A stretch of DNA of 64,000 nucleotides, from contig NC_042998.1 of the NCBI RefSeq assembly GCF_006345805.1, forward strand, positions 67,890,001 to 67,954,000. Direction: 5' to 3'. This document shows, in pieces, positions 43,952-56,971 of this stretch. The DNA is from Octopus sinensis (Eukaryota). Position 1 is the stretch's first letter, and every line of letters begins with the position of its first letter. The notes beneath the pieces were generated by a model. It was not told the DNA's origin. It saw nothing but the letters and a program-made list of their open reading frames with translations, and made no database searches. The translations under genes and the position numbers were made by a program.

Positions 43952-44355
43952 CACACACGTGTATATATATCTCGCTCTTTCTTTTACACTGTGTCTCTCG
44001 CTATACATGCATATTTACATATGTACGTACACATACATACATACGTACATACATACATACATACATAAATACATAGATACATACATACATACGTGAGTGG
44101 TCAAACGAAAGGAAAATTCACTCAACACATTTAGTCGGGGTTACATATTTTATTATTTAAAACAGATTCTGCTACATGCGACTTAAAGTTTCCTCGACTC
44201 CTAAAGAAAATTGTCTCGTTGGGCTCCATCAAACGAGTTCACTGAGAGTGGAGACGATTCAGTTTACTATAAGAAACCTACGAAGCTATAATTCACTTGG
44301 GGCCGAAACAAACTGTTTTAAATAATAATAATAATAATAATAATATTAATAATAA

Positions 44356-44768
44356 TCTTTTATCTTTTATCTTTTACTTGTTTCAGTCATTAGACTGTGG
44401 CCATGCTGGAGCACCGCCTTTAGTCGAGCAAATCGACCCCAGGACTTATTCTTTGTAAGCCTAGTACCTATTCAATCGGTCTCTTTTGCCGAACCGCTAA
44501 GTTACGGAGACGTAAACACACCAGCATCGGTTGTCAAGCGATGTTGGTGGGACAAACACAGACACACAAACATACATACACACACACATATATATATATA
44601 TACATATATACGACGGGCTTCTTTCAGTTTCCGTCTACCAAAACCACTCACAAGGCTTTGGTCGACCCGGGGCCATTGCAGAAGACACTTGCCCAAGGTG
44701 CCACGCAGTGGGACTGAACCGGGAACCATGTGGTTGGAAAGCAAGCTACTTACCACACAGCCACTTCT
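44356..44768 (-). mobile_element. SINE family B, full length, low divergence
   Basis: Minus strand gtggctgtgtggtaagtagcttgc..ggttcagtccc head, central (TA)(TG) tract, ggtgctccagcatggccacagtctaatgactgaaac tail and (ataaaag)n. Confidence 0.9.
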
Positions 44769-44785
44769 ACTACTACTACTACTAC

Positions 44786-44839
<54 letters not shown>

Positions 44840-44841
<2 letters not shown>

Positions 44842-45396
44842 GCCCTGATGCAGTACGAGGCAGTGGCTCTCATGGCTTCTGATCTTAACTGATTGGAAGT
44901 GTTATCATGTACATTGTTTTGTCTTGGTATAAAAGATGGGCTACAGCAAATATTCTGCTCAATACCACAGATTTGCTTGTCAGTTGTTTGACCTTAACCA
45001 GTTGAGCATGTCCCTTAGTGGCTGACGATATGTGCATCTCTGATCACGAGCAGAAGTAGTGGGGGAGCATCATAGCCATGTGTTGAGAGGGATTCTTTGG
45101 GGTTTGAATAGTTCACTTCTGGAAACATGGGTGGTTCTTTCAACATCCTTAAGCAACCCTTATTCAGGGACCGTTTGAGCGGGATGGGCTACTCAACCTG
45201 AAGAAAATTCCAACTGGGCCCCACCTGCAAGGTCATGTGCTGTTTATCTTGATATGAGATCACCATGTCGCACACATATGGTTGAGATGCATGTGCCTGG
45301 TGTACCTTTATCAGACGGGTAGTCATGATGGGTATATTGGGCTTCGTATATTTTACCCCAGTGTCACTTTGATGGCATGAACTACTCTCTCACTCA
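44840..45396 (+). mobile_element. 557-bp non-coding element inserted in (TAA)n, copy 2 (longer)
   Basis: atgccctgatgcag...ctctctcactca flanked by TAA repeats. Near-identical to 29393-29858. Confidence 0.85.
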
Positions 45397-45434
45397 ATAA
45401 TAATAATAATAATAATAATCATAATGATAATAAT

Positions 45435-47520
45435 AAAACATACGTTTATGGAAGAGAATAACCTCTTTCCCACTGAACAAAAAGGATGCAGACGAGGCTC
45501 ATACGGATGCAAAGATCAGCTCCTAATTAATCGCATGATCCTTGAGAACTGCCATAACAAGCGCAGAAATCTCAGCTCTTCATGGATTGATTATAAAAAA
45601 GCCTTTGACAGCATACCACATTCGTGGATTCTGAAATCGCTGGACATTTTCAAAATTTCTCCTGTGATTTCAGATTTTTTAAAGTATAATATGTCACTAT
45701 GGAACACGAAGCTCCAATTATATCATTCTAATGGAGTATTGCACTCAAACAACATTAGCGTAAACTGTGGAATTTTCCAAGGTGACTCACTTTCACCACT
45801 AATATTCTGCATAGCACTAATACCACTCCCAAGTGAACTGAATAGTACAGGATATGGCTACAAAATTGACAACAAGAAAATAAGCCATCTATTTTATATG
45901 GATGACTTAAAGCTATATGGCAAAGATGATGAAGAGCTTGAAAGATTATTACATACTGTGAAAGGATTCAGTGATGATATCGGGATGGAGTTTGGCCTTG
46001 AAAAGTGTGCCAAAGCCACTTTTAAGAAAGGAAAATTGGTAAAGTCTAGTTCAATCGAATTGATGTCGAAATAGTAATAAAGGAACTTAAGCAGGAACAA
46101 ACCTGAAGTCTGAGCTGAATGCATATAATAAGGTTTTAGCCATAAATTCCTTAGCAGTACCAGTTGTTCTTTATAGCTTCAATGTGCTTAACTGGAATAC
46201 TAGTGAAATAATGAAAATTGACAGGAAAATCCGCAAGCTACTGACTAGTAATAAGATGCACCATCCAAAGGCAGACGTGGATCGCCTTTACCTTCCCAGA
46301 GCTCAGGGGAGTCGAGGTTTGATCCAGCTTGAACTTACATACAAAACCACCACGATCGGACTGGCCAAATACCTTGAAGCAACCAACGATTGGATGCTAA
46401 AACTTGTTGAAAAACATGAAAGACCTAAAAAAATTTCACTCTATTCTCAAAGAGAGCAAAAAATTCGCTGCTGATCTCTTAGATACCCACCAGATTGAGC
46501 AGGCTGAAGGAAATGCGCCAACTGCAGCTGCAAAGAAAATAAAATTAATTGCAAAGGCAAAAGCACATGAAAATTTAGCTAGCAGATGGGAACAGAAACC
46601 TCTCCATGGCAAGTATGTGACCCGTAGCAAACAAGCTGATGTCGACCAGAAACACACGCACCAATGGTTACGAAGTTCAGGGCTAAAAGCAGAGAGTGAA
46701 GGTTTCATATTAGCTGCTCAAGACCAAATCTTATTTACCCGGAACTACCAAGCCAATGTGATGAAAAATGGAGCTGACCCAAAATGCCGATTCTGTAACG
46801 ATGAGATTGAAACAATAGACCACCTAATCTCAGGGTGTAGAGTCTTAACAGCTGCAGAATATAAAGCAAGACAGGACAGAGTCGGCCAGTATTTACACTG
46901 GACAATATGTCGGCATTATAAGATCAAAACCGCTGACAAATGGTATAAAAATCATCCTGAAGCTGTGACTGAGGGAGAAAATGTGTCGATTCTATGGGAC
47001 TTCCCCGTGCAGACCGACAGGACTATAAAAGCCAATAAACCGGATATCATTATAAAAGATCAGACAAAAAGGATGTGTTTATTAATTGACATGAGTATTC
47101 CCTGTGATCACAATATAGCGCGAAAGAATTTGACAAGATTATTAAATATAAAGACCTACTAATGGAAATTGAAAAAATGTGGCATCTCAAGGCGACTACA
47201 GTACCAGTGATTGTAGGATCTCAAGGAATGATAAAAAAAGAGGCAATGAAACCTATTTGAAAATGATTCCAGGCTTACCATCCCTACAGGAAGTGCAAAA
47301 AATCGTATTAACTGGAACGGCTCATGTACTGAGAAGAGCACTATCGCTGTGAAAATAACATCCATCCATGAATTTATTTATTTATTAACTTTTAAATACA
47401 TATTTTATCTGTGAATTTGCGCGTGTAATCTGGGAATGCATACAATGCCCTTCTCTGCCCTAGGTGTATGGAAAACACTCGGCGAGAAACGGAAGAAAAT
47501 TTGAAGAAAGAATAATAATA
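45435..47520 (+). mobile_element. R4/Dong-type LINE, 5'-truncated: RT, CCHC knuckle and restriction-like endonuclease
   Basis: WIDYKKAFDSIPH, GIFQGDSLSPLIF, HLFYMDDLKLY, FGLEKCA, CRFC..IETIDHLISGC and ANKPDIIIKD..LIDMSIP. Several frameshifts. Starts in (TAA)n and ends near aataataataat. Confidence 0.92.
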
Positions 47521-47764
47521 ATTGTCTCTTTGAGTCACAGGAGAAGGCATAACTTGAAACCTTTGATGATTTTTTTACTGCCTGCTTTCAGGTAAAGAAT
47601 AACTGATAATTAAGAACTATCCGATTGTCTTTCAGAATAATAATGATAATAATAACTATTTCTACTAGAGGCACAAGGCTTAAAATTTCTGGGGAGAGGA
47701 CTAGTCTATTTCCCCGACCCCAGTGTTTCACTGGTGTGTAAAAGGATGAAAGTTACAGTCAACA

Positions 47765-47992
47765 TCGTTTGACAAGTGATCATAGGAGACAGACACAAAT
47801 TCATAGACACACACACGCACACAACACATACTAGACAGTCTTCTTTCAGTTTCCGTTTACCAAATCCACTAACAAGGCCTTGATTCACCTAGGGCTATCG
47901 TAGGAGGCACGTGCCTAAGGTTCCACGATAGTTGGACTGAACCCTGAAGCATATTGTCGGGAAGCAAACATCTTCCCACACAGCCACTCCTG
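47765..47992 (-). mobile_element. SINE family B, partial
   Basis: tctttcagtttccgtttaccaaatccact..gttggactgaaccc..cccacacagccactcctg. Confidence 0.75.
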
Positions 47993-48070
47993 AAGCAATC
48001 CTTTACGAAGAACAAAGTACGTGAAAAATAATAGAGATGACCTCTATGTAATACCAAAAATAATTAATCA

Positions 48071-48466
48071 TTTCTACTCTAGGCACAAGGCCCGAAACTT
48101 TAGGGGAGCGGGCCAGTCGATAAGATCGACCCCAGTACGCAACTTGTACTTAATTTATAGACCCCGAGAGGATGAAAGGCAAAGTCGACCTCGGTGAGAT
48201 TTGAACTCAGAACGGAAGGAGGGACGAAATACCTATTTCTTTACTACCCACAAGGGGCTCAACATAGAGAAGACAAACAAGGACAGACAAAGGGATTAAG
48301 TCGATTATATCGACCTCAGTGCGTAACTGGTACTTAATTTATCGACCCCGAAAGGATGAAAGGCAAATTCGACTTCGGCGAGATTTGAACTCAGAGCGGA
48401 AGGACAGACAAAATACCACTAAACATTTTACCTGGCGTGCTAACGTCTCTGCTAGCTCACCGCCTT
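48071..48466 (-). mobile_element. SINE family A, dimeric copy
   Basis: Same two-monomer layout as 9153-9537. Confidence 0.88.
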
Positions 48467-48995
48467 AACCACAAATATTTAATGACGTGTACGCACTTCT
48501 CAAAGTGGTCGTCGATTTGGTGGCCTGTGGAAGGATAATATAGAATTTAAAAAATCATTGACTATTTAGTCATAAGATATAACGCCTTTGATAAAAGATG
48601 AACTCCACCATAGCATATCTGAGGCTAAATGACATGAACAAATCGAGTATTGAGAAATAATCTCTGTAAAACTGAAATAGTCTCTGTTCATTTTGACCCA
48701 ATCAACTTTACTGGAGCCTGACTTTCACAGCATATTTGCAGCTACCACATCTGTGTTATTCACAAGTTCCACTCAAAGTTTTCTCCCTTGAACACGTAGC
48801 AAGCACTATAAGTATCAGCCATTTGTTAGCACTGTCTTGTGAATCACTCAACTTCAACAAAATAACGAAAAGTATTCACAATGGCTGCTAAACTTGCTAT
48901 GAATAAGGGAGAAATCAGCCTTATTAATTGATTACCATACTGCCAAATGTTTTGTGAATGAATTTGACAGACGAAACCGTATAGAAGTCCATCGT

Positions 48996-49030
<35 letters not shown>

Positions 49031-49299
49031 AATATATGTATGTACACACACACACACACACACACACAGACGCGACGAAAATATTTTGGCAAATTAAATT
49101 TAAGTGCTAACTGTTTTTTTTTGTGTTTCTTAAATGGCTTTTAAAAAACACCATCCATGCTCCAATTGTTTTCGTTCCAGGTCACTTGCTATGCAAGTAC
49201 ATCTCCGTAATATATATATATATATCTCGTTGTATCGCCAGAATATCGATTGATATACACCACTAGTCACAGTGTCCTTCCTCATATATATATGTGTGT

Positions 49300-49494
49300 G
49301 TGTGTAGTTGACATTTCCAGAAAAAAAGACGAAGACAGGTGTATCAATAACAAACAGGTGTATTAGTTTGACTTTCAGGAAGGTGAGAAAGTATTTTGTG
49401 TTTCGAACCTACGCTTTTCATCAGAAAGGAACATGAGGAAATAACAAGAGAAAATTAAAAAGAAAAACTTTTGGAGTTAGCGGTGAATCCTATA

Positions 49495-49495
<1 letters not shown>
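49300..49495 (-). mobile_element. Hammerhead-bearing short repeat, copy C
   Basis: Minus strand 49428-49393 reads CTTT CTGATGA A AAGC-GTAG-GTTC GAAA CACA AAAT. Canonical core, decayed cleavage site. Confidence 0.7.
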
Positions 49496-49530
<35 letters not shown>

Positions 49531-49599
49531 TGTATGTATATATATATGTGTGTGTGTGTGCGTGGGGGTATACACGCACATCCATGGTTACGTATACCA

Positions 49600-49810
49600 T
49601 AGTCATATGCGTGTCTCGGTGTCTTTGTGTTTGTCCCCGCCCCTTCTCAACCGGTGTTGGTTTCTTCACGTCCCTGTAACTTAGCGCTTCAACCGCGGCT
49701 ACATATAGATGTACCAGATTTAAAGAAATGTTACTGGAGTTTATTCAACTAAACCCTTACAGGCAGTGCCACAGAACGACCACAATCTAATCACTGAAAC
49801 AAGTAAATGA
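49600..49810 (+). mobile_element. SINE family B, 3' half, diverged
   Basis: gtgtttgtccccgcc..tcaaccggtgttgg..cgtccctgtaacttagcg..ggcagtgccacagaacgaccacaatctaatcactgaaacaag. Confidence 0.7.
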
Positions 49811-50321
49811 ATAAATATAACAGCAGCAGCATCCTGTTTCCCTTTAAGGCTGTCGCTCCATATTCGCCATATTAATCTCCTTAAACCCATTTCTAATATT
49901 CCTAGGCTGACAAAATCCGCAAGACTGAACCAATTAATTTCCTATTCGATATAATCGAAAACAAAAGAAGAAAAAAAGTTCGACAGCCATATTCACTTTG
50001 AATGTGATGGAACAGGAATACCACTCCAAGCGTTATAAAGGCGTCCACTTAGTAAATTGGTTATTTTTCTGAAATCAGAATGACCTTACGATAATATATA
50101 GGGAGTATCTGACCCTACTAAGAACACCTCCTTTGTTGCATGTCACGACAAGCAAATGTATCATCTGGTATTATCCTCAGATCAGTAATTCTATCGCAGT
50201 GCGTGGCTGATATGTGACATCATTTCACTTCTTTCTCTTTCCTTCAAAAGCTGGCAGTGAGTTCTTGGTTATATTCTCATCAGCAAACCATGATTTATGA
50301 AAATTTATTTGGCGGCGTATT

Positions 50322-51190
50322 AAGGCGGCGAGCTGGCAGAAACGTTAGCACGCCGGGCGAAATGCGTAGCCGTATTTCGTCTGCCGCTACGTTCTGAGTT
50401 CAAATTCTGCCGAGGTCGATTTTGCCTTTCATCCTTTCGGGGTCGATAAATTAGGTACCAGTTACGCACTGGGGTCGACATAATCGACTTAATCCGTTTG
50501 TCTGCCCTTGTTTATCCTCTCTGTGTTTAACCTCTTGTGGGTAGTAAAGAAATAGGTATTTCTCCCGTCGCTACGTTCTGAGTTCAAATTCCGCCGAAGT
50601 TAACATTGCGTTTCATCTTTGCGTTTCAACATTGCGTTTCATTAGAATCGGTCTAATAAGTACCAGTTATGCACTGGGGTCGATGTAATCGACTTAATCT
50701 ACTCCCCCAAGCTGCCCTTGTGACAAAAGTTTGAAATCATTATTAGATGGCGAATTAAGGCGGCCACCTGGCAAAGTCATCAGGAGACCGGGCTAAATTC
50801 TTAGCGCCCTTTCCTACGTCCTTATTTCTGTGTTTAAATGCCACCGGGGTCAACTTTATTTTTCATCCTTTCAAGGGTCAATAAAATAAGTACCAATATA
50901 GCACTGGGAGCGCTGTAATCGACTTACTCACTCCCAGGAAATTGCTGGCCCTGTGCCAAAATTTGAATCCATTATTAACTAGCGAACAAAGGCGGCGAGC
51001 TGGCGAGATTGTTAGCTCCCTCGACGAAATGGTTAGCGGTATTTTGCTCGTCGCTACCTTCTGAGTTCAAATTTCGTCAAGGTCGACCATTTAGGGTCGA
51101 TAAATTAAGAACCAGTTGAGTACTGAGATCGATATAATCGACTATCCCCTCCCCCAAATTCCAGGCCTGTGCCTATAATAGAAAATATTA
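50322..51190 (+). mobile_element. Cluster of three same-orientation family A SINEs (one dimer, two monomers)
   Basis: aaggcggc heads at 50322, ~50757 and ~50988. Confidence 0.85.
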
Positions 51191-51309
51191 TTATGTAGCG
51201 AATTGGAAGGACCAGTAAAGCATTAGATATAATGCGTCGCAAGTACTTGTTCTGACACTCGGTCTTTTGATTTCAAATCATACCAAGTCTTTGAACTTTA
51301 TTTATATTT

Positions 51310-51772
51310 AACGGAGATTTGAACTTTATTTATATTTAACGGAGATTTGAACTTTATTCACATTATTTACATTTAACGGATATTTGTCCTCATCTTGTCT
51401 GTTGCTAACACGGCATTTCGGCCTTTTTTTACAAAGTTATAGAAAACATATATATATTATTAGTTCCAATCGTTAGAAATAATTAAAGGAATTTATTGGA
51501 AAGTAAGAAGTTCAAAATGAGGACCACCTACCCCCTGTGGGATGAAGTTAAAATAATAGACAGAGAACACCACTGGAAAATACAAAAACTAAAAGAAGCA
51601 GCACATATGTTAGGACACAACAACCTCTTAAGCAGGCCGAATGCAGATATGGGAACCGGTATTAAGAAAGAATAGGAAAATATTAGATCTATTAGCCCTA
51701 AAATTCACTCCATAATTCCCCACAGGCATATGGCCTAGTAGTTAAATAATGTGAATAAAGTTCAAATCTCCT
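51310..51772 (+). mobile_element. Penelope-like element remnant (GIY-YIG C-terminus plus inverted terminal-repeat pieces)
   Basis: 51515-51650 reads HLPP/LWDEVKIIDREHHWKIQKLKEAAHMLG..LLSRP, a PLE endonuclease C-terminus. ggagatttgaactttattcacattattta (~51339-51367) is inverted at 51743-51770. Confidence 0.7.
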
Positions 51773-52493
51773 GATAAATGGGTAGCTTTAGCGAAGACCA
51801 CTCGGTTGCAAGCATTCAGGCCAGGTTGCAGTTTAAGGATATTTACCTCCTGCCACTCGAACCAACGTGGAAAGCCTTGATAAAAAAAAAAGCAAAAGAC
51901 ATCAACTTTTCTCCTAACTAAAACACAAATCAGATATTTTTCATGGGAATTGATGTCTTCCACAAATTCTATATAAATGGCCCGAAATGTTTGTAAAAAG
52001 TTATGACCGTAATTTAAAAATAATGAAATGATAATTAAAATTGATTTGATGTTTTAATGAAACTACAGACAGACAAATTATAAATTTGCAAACATTTTCC
52101 AATTAGGGTATCTTCTTTGTAATTTTTTATAATTTAAAATTACAAATTCATATAGTTCAGAGTAGGAGAGAGATTTTTTTTCCAATAAATTCCTTTAATT
52201 ATTTCTAACGATTGGAACTAATAATATATATATGTTTTCTATAACTTTGTAAAAAAAATATTTTAATTCTAAAACCTTTTTTCTTTCTTTGTTCCTTTTT
52301 TTTCATATTTTCCATATTTCTTGTTATGATTATCAACTTCAAATTATCAGAAGAAAAATATTGTATATTGAAATTAAATCAAATTTGACAATAATAAAAT
52401 TAAATCAAATTTGAGAATATTCAATCATTTCCTTTTCAGCCCAGTCTATATCTAGGGTGAATTCTTCTGAAATGTTGCATTAATATTCTGCAG

Positions 52494-52947
52494 GGAGTAA
52501 GACGGTAAACTGGTAAAATCGTTAGCACGCCAGTAAAAATGCTTAGCGGCATTTCGTCCGTCTTTACGTTCTGAATTCAAATTCCGCCGAGATACACATT
52601 GCCTTTCATTCTTTCGGGGTCGATGAAATAAGTACAAGTTATACACTGGGGTCGGTGGGATCACCTTAACCCCTCCCTGGAACTTACCGGCTTTGTGCCA
52701 AAATTTGAAACCAGTATTCTCTAGGGGCTATGGCGGCGGGCCGACGAAATCGTTAGCACGCCGGGCAATATGCTTAGCGGAATTTCGTCTGTTTTTACCT
52801 TCTGAGTTCAAACGCCGCCGAGGTCAACTTTGCCTGTCATCCTTTCGTGGTCGATAAAGTGAGTACCAGTTGAGTACTGGTGTCGATGAAATCGATTCAC
52901 CCCCTCCCCTTACTTGCTGGCCTTGTGCCAACATTTGAAATCAATAT
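52494..52947 (+). mobile_element. Two tandem monomeric family A SINEs
   Basis: atcgttagcacgcc..aaatgcttagcgg..gagttcaaa..ccgccgag repeated twice. Confidence 0.8.
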
Positions 52948-53044
52948 TCTGTAAGGGCTAGCAGCTTCGTTAGTAAACCAGACAAAATACCTTTTAAACT
53001 TTGGCTGTAGTTTCTTACTTTGAGTTCAAATCCCACCACCGTTT

Positions 53045-53787
53045 ACTTAAATTTTATATGGATCCACCAAGGGTGATGTGGACCCCGGTCAGAACCACTG
53101 ATTTTGAGTTTCCCATCTTTGCAAGAAGCAACTCTTTATCATGCAGCCAAGTGTCTTCTTTCATATTTTATGGCAGATGAGGATTAATCGTACATATTTC
53201 AGCCGGTTTCATCACATGAATATAAACAACTGTCACCAACCGTTGCAGTGTGTACGTAATAACTGATATAAGCGTTGGTCGGTTCGTTTGTTGGTTGGCT
53301 GGCTGGTTGGTTGATTGGTTTGTTTCTACAATCACACCTTACATTGTAGAGAGATAGTGGGAGTTAACATAACACGCATTAAATGAACGTCTTAAAACTA
53401 TCTGAAAAACACGTTATTTTTAATGACGAAATTTTGCTGCGACTGATTTTCAATGAAGTCGATTGCAATTATCTTGAGATATAAAATCTAGAAAAATAAG
53501 ACATATTTATTGCAAATATACAAATAATAAATGTGTTTTATGTAGTATTTATTTTAATATAATAAATAGGTTTTTGTTTCTTTAGAAAATTAGTATTCAT
53601 TTCATCATTTTATATAAGCAACGAGAAATTTGATAAAAGCTAAATTATAATTTATTGTATACCAATAATACTGATGGAGACAAAAGTATCTTTCTAAAAA
53701 TTATCCATCGTAAAGACGAGTAACTCAAAATCAGTGGTTCTGACCGGGGTCCACATCACCCTTGGCGGATCCATATAAAATTTAAGT
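53045..53787. mobile_element. MITE-like element with ~64-bp TIRs
   Basis: acttaaattttatatggatccaccaagggtgatgtggaccccggtcagaaccactgattttgagtt is inverted at 53722-53787 with one mismatch. TTAA lies at both outer edges. Confidence 0.8.
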
Positions 53788-53990
53788 TTATGTGGTATAA
53801 ATTAGACATATATCAATAATACATAATATATTTTAACGTTTTTTTTTGTTTTTTTTTTTTACTCAATTACAAATAATATCTAATTATATAAATATAATCG
53901 GAGTTTTATTATAACATTGTACGGATATGAAGATCCGGCAGAGTATGATAGGAAGTAAAGGGATCCATAGGCAAAATGGAGATGGAAAAC

Positions 53991-54201
53991 ACTCTTTTAC
54001 TATTTTACTTGTTTCAGTCATTTGACTGCGGCCATGCTGGATCACCGCCTTTAGTCGAGCAAATCGACCTCAGGACTTATTCTTTTTAAGCCTAGTACTT
54101 ATTTTATTGGTCTCTTATGCCGAACCGCTATGTTACGGGGACGTAAACACATCGGCAACGGTTGTCAAACGATGTTGGAGGACAAACACAGACACACAAA
54201 T

Positions 54202-54232
<31 letters not shown>

Positions 54233-54233
54233 C

Positions 54234-54278
<45 letters not shown>

Positions 54279-54438
54279 CATATATACGGTGGGCTTCTGT
54301 CAGCTTCCGTCTACTAAATCCACTCACAAGGCATTGATCGACCCGAGGCTATGGGGCCAAAGAACCACGTAGTGGGACTGAACCCGAAACCATGTGGTTG
54401 GTAAGCAAGCTACTTACCACACAGATACTCCTGTGCCT
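53991..54438 (-). mobile_element. SINE family B, full length
   Basis: Same layout as 44356-44768. Confidence 0.88.
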
Positions 54439-54448
54439 ATTAAAAAGA

Positions 54449-54519
54449 TGCATCAGTCGGGAACCGAGCCAGGGCCGCCCGCATGACAGGCGAGCAGTCT
54501 ACCACTGAGCCACCGACGA
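54449..54519 (-). pseudogene. tRNA-Gly(GCC)-derived pseudogene (anticodon mutated to GTC)
   Basis: Minus strand tcgtcggtggctcagtggtagactgctcgcctGTCatgcgggcggccctggctcggttcccgactgatgca is colinear with tRNA-Gly(GCC) over 71 nt. The T-loop and acceptor stem are damaged. It is followed by tcttttt. Confidence 0.8.
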
Positions 54520-54780
54520 CCTTGAAGATATGAATATAAGTTGTATCGCCTTTAATCTCTCGTCTGCAATCTTAAATTTTGTGATTGCTATTTATATGTG
54601 TTTCACTAGTCATTGGAATTACATTGACAGATACCAGGTTGTTTTCTGCCTAACTGTTCAATGCCCAAATATTCCATGCTGCAGTTGATGTGAGCCCTTC
54701 ATTAAGTGATATTCAGTCTGAGGTGGACACAGTTATGCTTTGCTGCCCAGAAAAGCAAAACTTTAAATGTCCAGTAATTC

Positions 54781-55164
54781 TTTTCTACTCTAGGCACAAG
54801 GCCTGACATTTTGGGGTAGCGGGGTCAGTCGATTAGATCGACTCCAGTACGCTATTGATACTTAATTTACAGACCCTGAAGGGATGAAAGGCAAAGTCGA
54901 TATCGGCGGAATTTGAACTCAGACGAAATACCTATTTCTTTACTACCTACAAGGGCTAAGCACAGAGAGGACAAACAAGGACAGACAAACGGATTAAGTC
55001 GGTTATATGGACCACAGTGCGTAACTGGTACTTAATTTATCGACCCCGAAAGGATGAAAGACAAAGTCGACCTCGGCGGAATTTGAACTCAGAACGTAGC
55101 GGCAGACGAAATACTGCTAAGCATTTCGCCTGGCGTGCTAATGTTTCTGCCAGCTCGCCGCCTT
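54781..55164 (-). mobile_element. SINE family A, dimeric copy
   Basis: Two monomers plus spacer. The head ends ..cagctcgccgcctt on the plus strand. Confidence 0.88.
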
Positions 55165-55795
55165 TAAATGTTCAGTAATTAAACATATATACATGTCTAC
55201 TTATTTTTTTATGTTAGCTTTAAACATACATACACACCTATTCATCTATCTACCCCTGTTTCTCTTTATTTCTCTTTATTTCTCTTCCACGCTCACCCGC
55301 CTTCACCCTTTCTCCCCCTGTCATTGTTACAGAGGTTGTCATTTTTATTGTTTAAGTTCCATGCAGAGCTTCATCGAGCAGTCCTATAATCAATCTCATT
55401 GAACCGTGTCCGACTTTTCTTTTATTGTAATATGTGTGATAAATCAATTCAGTATGCTGTAGTGAATAGGTGAGAAATGCAATGAAACATTGTCCAAACG
55501 ACAACTATTCCAAGATAATTTAATATAATCTATTCGTCAGTTGATAAATAAAATAAGAGTTTTGTGTGTTTCGGTATGTATCTGTGTGTCAGAAGAAATG
55601 ATGCAGGCCAATGGTTTGTACTTTTACCTGGCATTTCAATATTTTAAGATTAAAACCTCTTTTTCAGGAAAGTTTCGGAGAAGTGGTATTGTGAGATGAA
55701 TTCTTTGCTTTGTAATATGGTGTATAAGGTTTACTTTGCGTCGCTACACTAACCAATCAACGACTCTAATATACATACATACATACATACATACA

Positions 55796-55827
<32 letters not shown>

Positions 55828-55880
55828 GAGAGAGAGAGAGACAGAGAGAGAGATAGAGAGAGAGACAGAGAGAGACAGAC

Positions 55881-55921
<41 letters not shown>

Positions 55922-56934
55922 TAGAGACAGACAGACAGACAGACATGAACACAGAAAATGTAATCAGCATTTTGTTTTGGATAGAATACACTTGTTTTTG
56001 TAAGCCGACTACCATTATTACCTAAACCGGTCAAATCTAATAGCATCACAGTAGTGTTGACATGCTTCCTCAGCATTGCCAAAAGGAAGCCGTATAAAGA
56101 AAGTTACAAACTCTATATACACCATGTAAATTATATGCCATCTGCTTATTACAGCAGAACAAAGTTGGTGAATATATATAATTATTGCCAAATTACCAAC
56201 GAACATCACAAATGAGTGTTGCAATTGATATCAGGGGACTTAACGAAACGGAATTCGTATACAACACTTGTATGAACTTATATCTATGAAATATGTAACT
56301 CTTCATCTTTCTCACTATCTGTATGTAGATACATATGCGCGCGCTTGTGTGTATAGGTAGGTATGTATATCGTAACTTTCCTCCAAGTCAAATGTGTGGA
56401 GTTACTTCCAGCTCCATTCTCATCAAATACGCATTTAGCTAGAAACACTCCATCCGGTGACAACTTCGGCCTGTTGCAGTGCACCTATAACCAATTCCAC
56501 CAATGTTTTCTCTACCAAATTTCTAAGATAATATGTTCTTTGAGACAGATGTAACTTCTAAGCCGGATATGACTTCTAGTTTCTTTTTCGTAGACTCAAA
56601 TGTAAGTTTCAAAGCGATTTAGTCACATGGAGACCAACCTCCTCCAGCATCAGATATCGGCACATTGTACTTCGATATTTCTACACGACAGCTATGTAAT
56701 GCACGACATCTTCAAATATATTGACAGTTTTCCTCTTCCGCAATCAAAATAGTAAACAAAAAAAGAAAAAAAGCATTGGATTTGATCTCCTGACCTGTGA
56801 TTATATTGCCTGATATTTTATCAAATAGGCCACACTGCCACCATAATCAATTACATGCCAACTTCGTTTCTCTCTGCTCCCCTCTCACTCTCTATGTCTC
56901 GCACGCACACACACACACACACACACACAACACA

Positions 56935-56971
<37 letters not shown>

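Noticed and set aside
44840-44915. HDV-like ribozyme at the 5' end of the 557-bp element
   Set aside because: I found two simple hairpins but could not build the nested double pseudoknot.
51395-51423. Minus-strand GGCCGAAATGCCGTG as a hammerhead
   Set aside because: Only the GAAA half is present. The CTGANGA half is replaced by the captured flank sequence.
54449-54519. Functional tRNA-Asp(GTC)
   Set aside because: The body is tRNA-Gly-like with a broken T-loop (gctcggtt) and a mismatched acceptor stem, so it is a pseudogene.
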